DNA of 36,366 nt from Octopus bimaculoides. Taxonomy: Eukaryota. The stretch spans positions 26,687,337 to 26,723,702 of the forward strand of contig NC_069002.1 in the NCBI RefSeq assembly GCF_001194135.2, written 5' to 3'. Below are positions 21,931 to 32,933 of the stretch, piece by piece; the stretch's first letter is position 1; every line of letters begins with the position of its first letter. The position numbers were made by a program, and so were the translations under genes. A model generated the notes under the pieces. That model searched no databases, was not told where the DNA came from, and was given only the letters and a program-made list of their open reading frames with translations.

Positions 21931-22519
21931 CTTATTTTCATTCTCTTCCCTATCAGCCAATTAAGTCGAGGGTGGTGTGGGTAGGGGGGGGAGAAAGCCC
22001 CACCCCCTACCACCACCACTACCAACAACAACAACAACAGCAACAACAACAACAACCTCGTTCAAGTAGTAAATAATTTGTTTCTGTTTGGTCACATGAT
22101 TAAAACAGAACTAAAATATGAAATAGGATTTGAGATTCTTTGCAAATTCCAATCCTTTCCGTTTTTGCTTCTTTATTTGTTTCTTTACCTTTCTTTCATT
22201 TTTATTTTTTATTTATTAATTTGGGGTTTTTTTTTGTTTTGTTTTTTTTTGCCAATCCTCCTGATAGCTTCCTAATATTTTGTTTGTATAAAACTTTCAA
22301 TTTAGATTAGAGACCAATTTCTTTTTTGAAACAGACACACTTCCTATTTTAGAGCTGAAGTGGTCTGGAAGTATGCTCCTGTGGCGGTGGCGGCGACGGC
22401 AGAAGTGGTGGTGGTGGTGTTGGTCATTGTGGTTGTGGTGATACAGTGATGGTGGTGATGGTAGTGGATGTGGTGGCGGTGTTTGTCAACTCGCACCCAC
22501 CCCCAATGTTACCTTTGCT

Positions 22520-22770
22520 TCACTTCACCTGTTCTACTGGACTTTCAGATTTTACCATAAATCCCTGACGTTGGAACCAAGAGAAGTTGTTAGCCCTTGT
22601 CTGAGATGCTACCATGAGACGTTTCCATGAAGAACAAGTGACTTCGATCGGTCAAGGCTGGCCATTCATCTCCACATGTATGTGCAAGCCTGGGTCAAAT
22701 TTTTTTGAGGAAGGCTGTAAGCTGCACACACATGCCAGTCTTCCCTTTCCGTGTTTCCACTGGTTACCTA
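22520..22770 (-). mobile_element. Possible highly decayed L1/Tx1-type LINE ORF2 fragment
   Basis: A minus frame reads ...CTYMWR*MASLDRSKSL...HLRQGLTTSLGSNVRDLW*NLK, weakly resembling the post-endonuclease GYWKFNxSLLD...L.R.LTG....WWxNLK region. By-eye match only. Confidence 0.25.
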
Positions 22771-23212
22771 TGGGAAAAGCCCTTAAATTGGGCCAATACA
22801 ACTTGGCATCAGAGTTGTTGCAGGTGTTGCTGTCGGAGCTCAAAGAGCCAGAATAGGCACCACAATGTATTTCACATAACCCTCAAAGAGTTGCATCATC
22901 GATTACTATTTTTTTTTTATGGACCCCAAAAGCACGAGTATCTAAGTTGACCCTCACAAGGTTTTAACTCAAGTTTCAAATTGTAACAAATATTGCAAGA
23001 CATTCTCTCCAATGTTCCAATGCTCCGGTGACTGCCAGTTTATATATATATAAAAGAATACCAAAAATGGAACAAAAATGCAATAGGCGACAACAAAACA
23101 TCCAGATAGTTTGATGATACAAAAAGGGACAAGAAAAAACAAGGACAAATCACTCAGAGTTTTCTATTTTCAGTCGAGTTCTGGGTCTTCTCAGCAGTTT
23201 CGGCTGGTTATA

Positions 23213-23261
<49 letters not shown>

Positions 23262-23300
23262 AAGAGTGTTGTAGTTCGCTTGAAGCATTGTAATATTGAA

Positions 23301-23600
23301 AAAATAAAAAGCTTCTGACAATGCAGAAAGTTTAATAAAACCTTTGTATTTCAAGCGCCGCAAAAGCCCATCTTCAGAAGGAAAGAACAGTCTAAGAAAA
23401 GTCCAGTTGTGTAGGTTCCATTAACCCATTCAAATTTCCTAGTGTTATGTAGCAGATAGTCCTAGGGGATTTGAATGGGTTAACGGAACCTGCATAACTG
23501 GACATTTCCCACATTGTGTTTTTCTTCTGAAGATGGGCTTTTGTGCCTGAAATATAAAACTTTTATAAAACTTCCTGCATTGTCAGGAGCTTTCTATTTT
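23301..23600. mobile_element. 300-bp foldback (MITE-like): arms of about 140 bp and a 19-nt loop
   Basis: 23301-23442 is about 84% identical (manual alignment) to the reverse complement of 23462-23600. Confidence 0.9.
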
Positions 23601-23943
23601 CTCTCTTTTAACCTTCTTCGATACACACACACACACACACACAAAGAGAGAAAGAGAGAGTCAAAGTGTATCTCATACTTTATGCCCCCATGATCCAGAG
23701 CTTACTTAAAAACTGACAGTATAGGATTTGCAATCCCTTAAACATGGGACACTGAGCTGTTGCAAGGTTAAACCTTAACTGCTGTTCAGGTTGGTGAGTT
23801 GGAGAAACGTGAAATAAAGTCTTTATTTCACAGACTCAACATGCCACTTGGTGCAGGAGGCAAACAGAACACCCCCACAGCCTAATCATCATGAAAGCAA
23901 CACCCAAGCCAAATGTCTTCACACATGCATATGTGTGTGTGTG

Positions 23944-23997
<54 letters not shown>

Positions 23998-24571
23998 TAT
24001 ATAAACATAATTAAGGGATCAGCAAACATTTGCTTCATCACATACCGAAGTTCAGAAATAGCAGCTAAAAAAGCTGAGACTCTTAATTATGTTTATAAAT
24101 GTATAAGAACTTTTAAATAAGTTCTCCACCGATAATGGTGTTTACATACCGAAGGGCTTGGTAAAAATTATTAATTGNNNNNNNNNNNNNNNNNNNNNNN
24201 NNNNNNNNNNNNNNNNNNNNNNNNNNNNNNNNNNNNNNNNNNNNNNNNNNNNNNNNNNNNNNNNNNNNNNNNNNNNNNNNNNNNNNNNNNNNNNNNNNNN
24301 NNNNNNNNNNNNNNNNNNNNNNNNNNNNNNNNNNNNNNNNNNNNNNNNNNNNNNNNNNNNNNNNNNNNNNNNNNNNNNNNNNNNNNNNNNNNNNNNNNNN
24401 NNNNNNNNNNNNNNNNNNNNNNNNNNNNNNNNNNNNNNNNNNNNNNNNNNNNNNNNNNNNNNNNNNNNNNNNNNNNNNNNNNNNNNNNNNNNNNNNNNNN
24501 NNNNNNNNNNNNNNNNNNNNNNNNNNNNNNNNNNNNNNNNNNNNNNNNNNNNNNNNNNNNNNNNNNNNNNN

Positions 24572-24617
<46 letters not shown>

Positions 24618-24861
24618 ATATAAATAATATATAAATATATTCATATATCCATACATATCTGTACATACCTACATATATATGTATATATACATGCACATAT
24701 GGGTAGAGGACATCAAAAAAACGTTAAACACAATGAGAAACGAAAACATAGAAAACGAACTTTTTTACGAACAAAAAAAAATACAAATAAACAGAGAAAC
24801 GAGACATGCAACATAAAGAGTATACCCCTTCGTCAGTTGTCCCTGTTTCACCTACTCCGCG

Positions 24862-25068
24862 TTATATATGTTTGTGTGTCTGTTTTTGTTCTCCCACCAT
24901 TGCTTGACAGCCGATGCTGGTGTGTTTACGTCCCCGTAACTAGCGGTTCGGCAAAAGAGACCGATAGAATAAGTACTAGGCTTACAAAGAATAAGTCTTG
25001 GGATCGATTTGCTCGACTAAAGGTGGTACTCCAGCATGGCCGCAGTCAAATGACTGAAACAAGTAAAA
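24862..25068 (+). mobile_element. SINE family A 3' half (CpG-retaining)
   Basis: cttgacagccgatgctggtgtgtttacgtccccgtaac...ccagcatggccgcagtcaaatgactgaaacaagtaaaa. Confidence 0.9.
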
Positions 25069-25780
25069 TAATATGCATGTGTACGCGCATGAAGTGCGGC
25101 AGAAAAATCTCCCATATTTCGTACAGTGATGTTTTGAACGCTTTGAAAGTAGGCAGGTGATAATCGCATATAATCCATATAGCTAAAGTTTCACCGTTTT
25201 TGCCACGACGTCGTTTTGGAATGGTGCACACTATGCATTTGCCGACGAAACGTTTATCAAGAACACTAAATTAGAGGGGTGTTTTGCTGCTCTGCACTCG
25301 CACAAAGTATTCTATGGGTTTTTCCTTTTTTGTAAGGGTTTGATTGAACAGAAGTTATCGCAGAAAATCACTTTGCTTTTCTCTTTTTTTTCTTCTCAAT
25401 ATACCGCACAATTTGTAATATATTGAACCACATGATTGCACGCGACCTTAACACGTTTATGTCAGCGAAACCATAAGCTAACTGAGACATCCATAAGAAT
25501 CAGGGAAAAACAGCGGTAAAGTCTCGTCTCGAACTGTTTTAGTTTCTTGTGAAGAAAGACTGAAAGAGAGAGAGATTCTAAGAGAAGAAAAATCTGATGT
25601 TTCGGAGCTTTGTCCTTCGTCTGAGGGTGAAAGAAGATGAGAGAGATGAAGGAAGAAAGACATAACGGTGTAATATTGTTTTGACTGAAGCTTACTACAC
25701 ACTCGAAACGGAATCTCACAAGTGAGGGACTGGCAATAAGAAAACAAAAACGTAAACAAAAACGATAAAATATAGTTTAA

Positions 25781-25982
25781 GATCTTTCTGAATTGACGGC
25801 CACCACTTTTCATTTATGTTTTATGCAGTGTTTTTTGGACCGAAACTCTTTCAAACTTCGTATACTTGTATATTTTGTGTTATAGAACAGATAAAAAATT
25901 TTGTATTCGAAGTTATTTCATGTAAAAATTGTCGTATTTCAGTAATTTCAACCAATCTGGTGGCCGTCAATTCAGAAAGTCC
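25781..25982. mobile_element. Non-autonomous DNA transposon of about 202 bp with a 22-bp perfect TIR core and an 8-9-bp TSD
   Basis: ctttctgaattgacggccacca (25784-25805) is the exact reverse complement of tggtggccgtcaattcagaaag (25958-25979). atagttta occurs at 25772-25779 and 25983-25990. Confidence 0.85.
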
Positions 25983-26329
25983 ATAGTTTATAGAGGCCAA
26001 CATGATATAACTTAATTTCTTTCCAATGAATAATAAACACACTCATATATACATACATACATACACAAATATACGTACACACACACACACACACACATAC
26101 ACACACAAATGATTTATTTTGCATTTATTAAACCCATTTTCTTAATTCATAAATAGTTTAATAACGATAATAATTCATTCAGCGATCCTTCGATATCGGT
26201 TCAGTGTGAGGAGACAACGCCATTCACCATCTTTCTTCAGCGTCGACTTTTTGACTGTCACGAGGGAAGGTTGTGTGGGTGAATGACATCGTGTACCAGT
26301 ACCGAAGGATTTGCCATTCTTTCTGTTAT

Positions 26330-26700
26330 AGGCACGAGGCCTGACATTTTGTGGGGAAGGGCAAGTCGATTACAAGGACCATAGTACTTTATTCTATCGA
26401 CCAGGAAAAGGATGAAAGGCAAAGTCGACTTCGTCGGCATTTAATAGTAATATTGTCTTTATTAACCATTGAAGGCTCACAAAAGCATTGGGAACAGGCG
26501 GTTGATGATGAAGCATATTTAAAGGAGAAAATTATAATTTTCTAATGTAGGCACATGACCTGAAATATTGGGAGAAAGAGAGAAGTCATTACATCGGAAC
26601 TGTTGCTCAACTGATACTTTATTTTATGGACCTCTGGAAGGATAAAGGATAAAAGGTAAAGTTGACCTCAGCAGGTTTTGAACCCATGGCGTAAAGAGTC
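26330..26700 (-). mobile_element. Two degenerate SINE family B copies (about 26330-26445 and about 26545-26700)
   Basis: Reverse complement of the core: aaggatgaaaggcaaagtcgac and aaggtaaagttgacctcagcagg...ttgaac. Confidence 0.75.
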
Positions 26701-26736
26701 ATAATAATAATAAGACTGATGATGATTGAATAATAA

Positions 26737-27295
26737 ATGCCCTGATGCAGTACCAGGCAGTGACTTTCGTGGCTTCTTATCCTAACTGATTGGAGGTGCT
26801 ATCATGTATATTGTTTTGTCTTGGTTTAAAAGATGGGCTACAGCAAATATTCTGCTCAATACGACAGATTTGCTTGTCAGTTGTTTGACCTTAACCAATT
26901 GAGCATATAATCCCTTAGTGGCTGACGATATGTGCATCTCTGATTATGAGCAGAAGTAGTTGGGGAGCATCATAGTCCTGTGTTGAGAGGAATTCTTTGG
27001 GGTTTAAATAGTTCACCCCTGGAAACGAGTGTTTCGTTCATCATCTTTAAACATGATCTCATTCAGAGACCTTTTGAGCGGGTGACGCTACTCGACCTGA
27101 AGAAAATTCTGTCTAGAGCCTACTTGCAAGGTGATGTGCTGTTTATTTTGATATGAGTTCACCATGTTGCATACATATTGTTGTGATGCATGTACCTGAC
27201 GTACCCTTATCAGGCGGGTAGTCAAAATGGGTATGTTGAGATTTGTATATTTGTAAACCAGCACCACTTTGATGGCATGTGCTGTTCTCTCACTC
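26737..27295 (+). mobile_element. Non-LTR-like repeat of about 560 bp flanked by (AAT)n on both sides
   Basis: Left flank aataataataa...gaataataa, right flank aataataataat. The right 230 bp matches 20012-20242. Orientation is inferred from the truncation of that second copy. Confidence 0.7.
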
Positions 27296-27307
27296 AATAA
27301 TAATAAT

Positions 27308-27790
27308 GGTTTCAAATTTTGGAACAAAGCCAGTAAGTTCAGCGGTGGGGTCAGTTGATTACATTGACCCCAGTGCTTAACTGGTACTTATTCTATCAAC
27401 CCCGAAAAGATGAAAGGCAAAGGCGACTTCGGCGGAATTTGAACGCAGAACGTTGAGACAGACGAAATGCCGCTAACGATAAATGGTTTCAAATTTTGGC
27501 ACAAGGCCAGCAGTTTCCGAAGTGGGGCGAAGTTGATTACTGTTTTTTAACTAGCGCTTACTTTATGCATCCCGAAAGGATGAAAGACAAAGTCGCGTCC
27601 TGTGGAATTTGAACTCACATTGTAAAAAATGGACCGAATGCCGCAAGCATTTTGCCCGGCGTTGAAATTTTAGGGAGAGGGGGCCAGTCAATGCCATTGA
27701 CTCTAGTGCTTGACAAATACTTATTTTATTGCCCGAAAGGTCGAAAGGTAAAGTTGACCTCGGCGGTATTTGAACAAAGGTCGACTTTAG
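27308..27790 (-). mobile_element. Three head-to-tail SINE family B copies (about 27308-27480, 27481-27660, 27661-27790)
   Basis: Repeated ggtttcaaattttgg.acaa.gccag 3' ends and ccgaaa.gatgaaagg.aaag...cggcgg.atttgaac cores. Confidence 0.85.
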
Positions 27791-28089
27791 CTTTTCATTC
27801 TTTCCTTATCGATAAAATTCAATAAAATAATGCTACTTTCTTTATTGGACATACAAGGGTAGCAAAAAAAAAAAAAAAACCCACCTCGCCAGAAATATTT
27901 CGGACAGTACAAAATAATTATAATAATAATAATGATGATAATTTTTCGTTTATTTTTCACCAGGGCAACGGATGATGAGAGGAGGGTGGCAATACAAAGA
28001 CAGACGTAAAGTCTAGAGTTTACATAAAATGGAATGATAAAAATGTGCAAATATACACTGTATATAAAAATATTAACAAAATGAAAATG

Positions 28090-28282
28090 ATAATAATAAT
28101 AGATAGATAGACGGACAGAGAGACAGACAGACAAATAAATAAATAGATAGATAGATAGATAGATAGACGGACAGTTGGATAGGTAGGTCAGTCAGACAGA
28201 CATATAGATAGATAGATAGATAGATAGACAGACGGACAGATATAGATATAAGCAAGCAGATAGATAGATAAATAGATGGAGC
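28090..28282. repeat. (GATA)/(GACA)/(GACG) compound tetranucleotide tract
   Basis: Seen directly. Confidence 0.95.
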
Positions 28283-28639
28283 AAATAGGAAGTTTTGAGT
28301 TGGTGTTTTTGTTTTTGTATATGTATATATTTTTTTTCACGTTTTAGCATTTCAAGACTCCCTCTGCTGTCTCTTATTCTTTTTCCATCATCACTTCCAT
28401 CTCATTCTTTCAAATTATTCTTTTATTCCTCTTTCCTTCACCTACACTCAACAACAATATAACAGTGAGACTATACACACACACACACACACATACTTTT
28501 TTTTTTTGTTATTAAATATATCATTTAATACCTGAGCACTATACACAATAATTTCATTATTATTCTCTGTATATCCTCATGCTCTATGTCCGTCTTTGTA
28601 GCCCTTGTGGCAAATAAGAGAACTCATTATTAACATTCA

Positions 28640-29165
28640 CAGTGTTACATTCTGAGTTCAAATTCCGCTGAGGTCGACTTTGCATTTCATCCTTTCTAGG
28701 TCGATAAATTAAGTACCAGTGAAACGCGGAGGTCAATGTAATCGACTAGTGCCCTCAACCTAAAATTCCAAGCTTTCTGCCTTTAGTAGAAAGGATTATT
28801 ATTATTATTATTAAAAGGTGGCGAGCTGGCAGAATCGTTAGCATGTCGGACAAAATGATTAGCAGCAGTTCGTCCGTCTCTACGTTCTGAGTTCAAACTC
28901 CGCCAAGGTCGACTTTGCCTTTCATCATTCCGGATCGATGAAACAAAATACCCCAAATTTCAGGCGCTGTGCCTTTAGTAGAAAGGATTATTATTATTAT
29001 TATTGTTGTTGTTGCCATTATTATTAGTTAAAGTGGCGAGCTGGCAGAATCGTTAGCGCGCTCCGGACAAAATGCTTAACGGCAGTTCGTCCGTCTTTAC
29101 GTTCTGCGTTCAAGTACCGCTGAGGTCGCCTTTGCCTTTTAACCTTCGGTGTCAATAAAATTAGT
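28640..29165 (+). mobile_element. Three head-to-tail SINE family B copies joined through (ATT)n tails (about 28640-28812, 28815-29000, 29030-29165)
   Basis: ctttagtagaaagg(att)n immediately followed by aa.gtggcgagctggcagaatcgttagc, seen twice. Confidence 0.9.
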
Positions 29166-31230
29166 GAAGCGCTCGACTCGTCTGACGACTCACTCCTTCC
29201 AGATTATCTTGTCTTGTGCCTTAATTGTTGTTCAATGCTCTTTACTCATTCTTACATTTCTTCTCGCCCATCCCACCTTGGGTGGATTTCTTTTTCCTTT
29301 CCTGCTATCTTGTCACATTCTTTTGCCCCTCCTCTTCCAACCTTTATTGTTTCTTCTCCACTCCAGCATATTCCATCCACACTCACTGACACACACACTC
29401 TCTCTCTTTCACTCGCTCAATTCTTCCCTCGCTCATTCATTGTCTCCTCTTTCTCTCTAACTGTGTCCATTGTTTCGTTCGTCGGTCACGTTTTGTCTGT
29501 GACCACCCCTGCAATGTAGATATTATGTTGACAAATTTATTAGTGTGTGTGTGTGTGTGTGTGTGTGTTTGTAGGAGGTTTAGCTGATGCTGTTTTGTTT
29601 AATGTTTTGAGCAACGCATGAATACCACCACATCGTCTTAACATGCCTCGCGATTTCTGTTCCGGAACATCTACGAAATTCTCGCAGTTCTATGTAGTGT
29701 ATGTGTGTGCGTTGTGCCTGCATGCGTGTGTGTGTATGTATGTAAACATACCCAAACACACCTTTATGTCTATGTATATATACTCATTAACACACACATA
29801 TATACTCACACATAAACAGCCACATATAGAACTGTGTCGATAGAGCGCATGTATAATATTTTTAATGCATATTTGTATACCTATGTCGTTTATCTAACTC
29901 TCTCACTCTCTCTCTCTCTATATATATATATATGTGTGTGTGTGTGGTACGTACCCCTGATAGGAAGCCAGTAAAAAGTATATATATCTATACAAACCTC
30001 ACATAATATCCTCTTTTCCTTTCCGTCCCACGTCATACCTCACGGCCGAGATATCTCATTCATAGATTCACTACCACCTTCGGTCACGACTGCCGCTACC
30101 ACCACCTACTTTACTGGATCTCCCTATCGAATTGTGCTCGCGCTATTTCATTCAGTCTCTCCAGTGGGGGAGGGGTGAGACTCTCTTTCTCTCTACACCT
30201 CTCTCTCTCTGTCCTTCTCTAATAAGCTCTGAAGACTCTAAACAATATATTTATAAATATATTTCATCTCACTGTTCCCTCCACCTTCCAACTATTGGTC
30301 CTTTTCTGTCGGTGGTCAGTGCAGGTCAAAGAAACGAGTGTAACCATCGAACAGACCGCTGTCACCCGCACCCACCAGAAGTTCATACACACATGCTTAT
30401 ATATACTCACTCACTCACTCACATATTCACACGTAATGCTGCCGCCGTAAACATGTAAAGTACCCCGTGTACCGAGATCGATGTCCACGCACCTCAACAC
30501 ATCACCGCCTTTCATTTATAATAGGAGCCGTTGTGGCCTTCAACTAATTGCTGTCGATAAATAATGTCACTCTTTGCTTTGCTGTCATACCGATGTTCGA
30601 CCTACCCGGGGTATGTATCACTCTACACGCAGTTTCTTTTTAAGTTTTATACTTCGTTTGTTTTGTTTCGTTTTTTTTTTTCTCTCTATTCTCGTCCGAT
30701 CTCCGTACTAAACTCCACTCGCGACTGGTTTTCCTTGATTTCTATATCCTTTTACGCCTCGTCCTAATACTTGTGCCTTCTTTTCGCTTTCCTCTTTCGT
30801 TCTTCCTAATTTTCTCTTCTTCACATCCCGCATTTTCGTCTCTTCCACCGTCGTTCTACCCTTTATCTTCCTTCACACACGCACACACACACTATCTCTC
30901 TCTCTCTCTCTCTCTCATCCAGCATCACAACAGTACCCCGAAAACTTCCCCGTAACTGTCAAATGCTCTGACCACACCTCACCTCAGTCTCTCTCTCTTT
31001 CTCCCTCTCTCTACAACACGACGGGCACTGGTGGCTCTGTTCACACTCGGTCTGTTTCTGTCCTCTACGGTGAATTCCTGCTGCTGGTTTTTACATTGTC
31101 AGTCGGTCATCACCCATTTAACACCCATCCGGCTTCCATTCTTCGCCTTCTTTCATTCTTCAAACAGCAATGTTCAGCTCCGCGGTTTGTAGACGTTTTG
31201 TTCATTTCCGCCTTCAGTGCGAATATATGT
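29150..31230. promoter_or_regulatory. CpG-enriched, plus-strand pyrimidine-rich unique region; candidate promoter or 5' gene region
   Basis: Visibly frequent CG dinucleotides in non-repeat sequence. TATAAT at 30517, donor-like cccggg|gtatgt at 30611, and acceptor-like cttcaaacag| at 31167. Inference only. Confidence 0.3.
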
Positions 31231-31481
31231 CGATGCATGTCTGCGTATGTATATAGAAGTCTGTATTTATGTGACTGTGTATTTATATATTTATGTTTGT
31301 AAGGTATATATATATCTGTCTGTCTGTATGTATGTTTGTGTTATATGTGTCTCACTATATATACGCATGTGTGTATCTGTGTTTACACCCATGTTTGTCT
31401 AGAGTGCTTCTCCGGATTTATGTACAAACGATATATATGTGTGTGTGTGTGTGTGTGTGCGTGTGTATATGTGTGTGTGTG

Positions 31482-31515
<34 letters not shown>

Positions 31516-31615
31516 TATATGTGTGTGTATATATATTTGTGTGTGTGTGTGTATATATATTTGTTTGTGTGTATGTCTATATCTATATGGTTATATATCT
31601 GCAGGTTTATCTGTT

Positions 31616-31662
<47 letters not shown>

Positions 31663-32431
31663 NNNNNNNNNNNNNNNNNNNNNNNNNNNNNNNNNNNNNN
31701 NNNNNNNNNNNNNNNNNNNNNNNNNNNNNNNNNNNNNNNNNNNNNNNNNNNNNNNNNNNNNNNNNNNNNNNNNNNNNNNNNNNNNNNNNNNNNNNNNNNN
31801 NNNNNNNNNNNNNNNNNNNNNNNNNNNNNNNNNNNNNNNNNNNNNNNNNNNNNNNNNNNNNNNNNNNNNNNNNNNNNNNNNNNNNNNNNNNNNNNNNNNN
31901 NNNNNNNNNNNNNNNNNNNNNNNNNNNNNNNNNNNNNNNNNNNNNNNNNNNNNNNNNNNNNNNNNNNNNNNNNNNNNNNNNNNNNNNNNNNNNNNNNNNN
32001 NNNNNNNNNNNNNNNNTATATATATATATATATATATATATGAGAGTGTACGTCTGTCTGTATATGTATGTATGTATAATTTCAGTATGTCTATGTATGG
32101 ATGCATGTATAAATGTGTGTGTGTGAGTCGTCTTGTACACACGTGTATGCTTTTCTATATGTGCATGCCTGCCAGTGTGTGTGTGTGTGTGCGTGAGTGA
32201 GTGCGTGTGAAGGACAATTTCATTCACAAAGCTGGTGTGTTCTTTGTTTATGAATAATGAATGTCTGCGTAACTCACTGTAACGAAGTGAAAACCACTTC
32301 ATAATAATAACCAAAATAATCACACCTTATTATGCTTATTATATCCTGAAAAGAAGACAGAAAAAAAACGTTTTATTTCTAATTTATTTTTAGGCATACC
32401 TACACATGTTTGCCTTCTCCTTCTGACTTTT

Positions 32432-32933
32432 CCTAATAACTTTCAGAAAAATGGGTATTTTTTAATGAAATTTTCTACAAATACTTTTAAGAGTGTGTAA
32501 ATTACGATGATTATATCGGAATTTGATGTGAAAAGGAAAATATTGAACACTCACACATACATATTGTCACATATCACAATTAAAAATTTTTTTTTCTTGA
32601 AATTTCAAGTTTCATTTTGTACATATGCGATGTGCCCGTACCTATGTGTACGAGTCAATTAGTTTTGTTTTTCATATTAACTTCCGATATAATCATAATC
32701 TACACACTCTGAAAGATATCTGATGAAAATTTCATTAGAAAATCACCCATTTTTCTGAAAGTTATGAGGAAACAAAGCCGACTCATGGGAATTTTCTGAA
32801 ACTCTTAACCCCACACACGCAATTTTTTTTTTTTGGTCTCTACAAATTCCGATATAATCGGAATCTATACCTTCTGGGGCGTATTTGTAGAAAATTTCAT
32901 TAAAGAATATTCATTTTTCTGGAAGTTATGAGG
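32432..32933. mobile_element. DNA-transposon-like repeat with an approximately 90-bp module present three times (inverted, then direct)
   Basis: 32432-32523 is the reverse complement of 32680-32769; 32844-32933 is a direct copy of 32680-32769. Confidence 0.75.

Noticed and set aside
25085-25180. Minus-strand short ORF MDYMRLSPAYFQSVQNITVRNMGDFSAALHA in CpG-rich DNA as a first coding exon
   Set aside because: The donor is weak (C|gtacac), there is no homology, and no downstream exon could be linked.
26250-26330. Minus-strand exon-like KEWQILRYWYTMSF
   Set aside because: Its acceptor lies within the tail of a family B SINE and the frame ends in a stop.
27308-29165. Regularly recurring conserved motifs that superficially resemble a repeat-spacer array
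   Set aside because: They are tandem SINE copies of about 170-200 bp in a eukaryotic context; there are no CRISPR-type repeats, unique spacers or cas genes.
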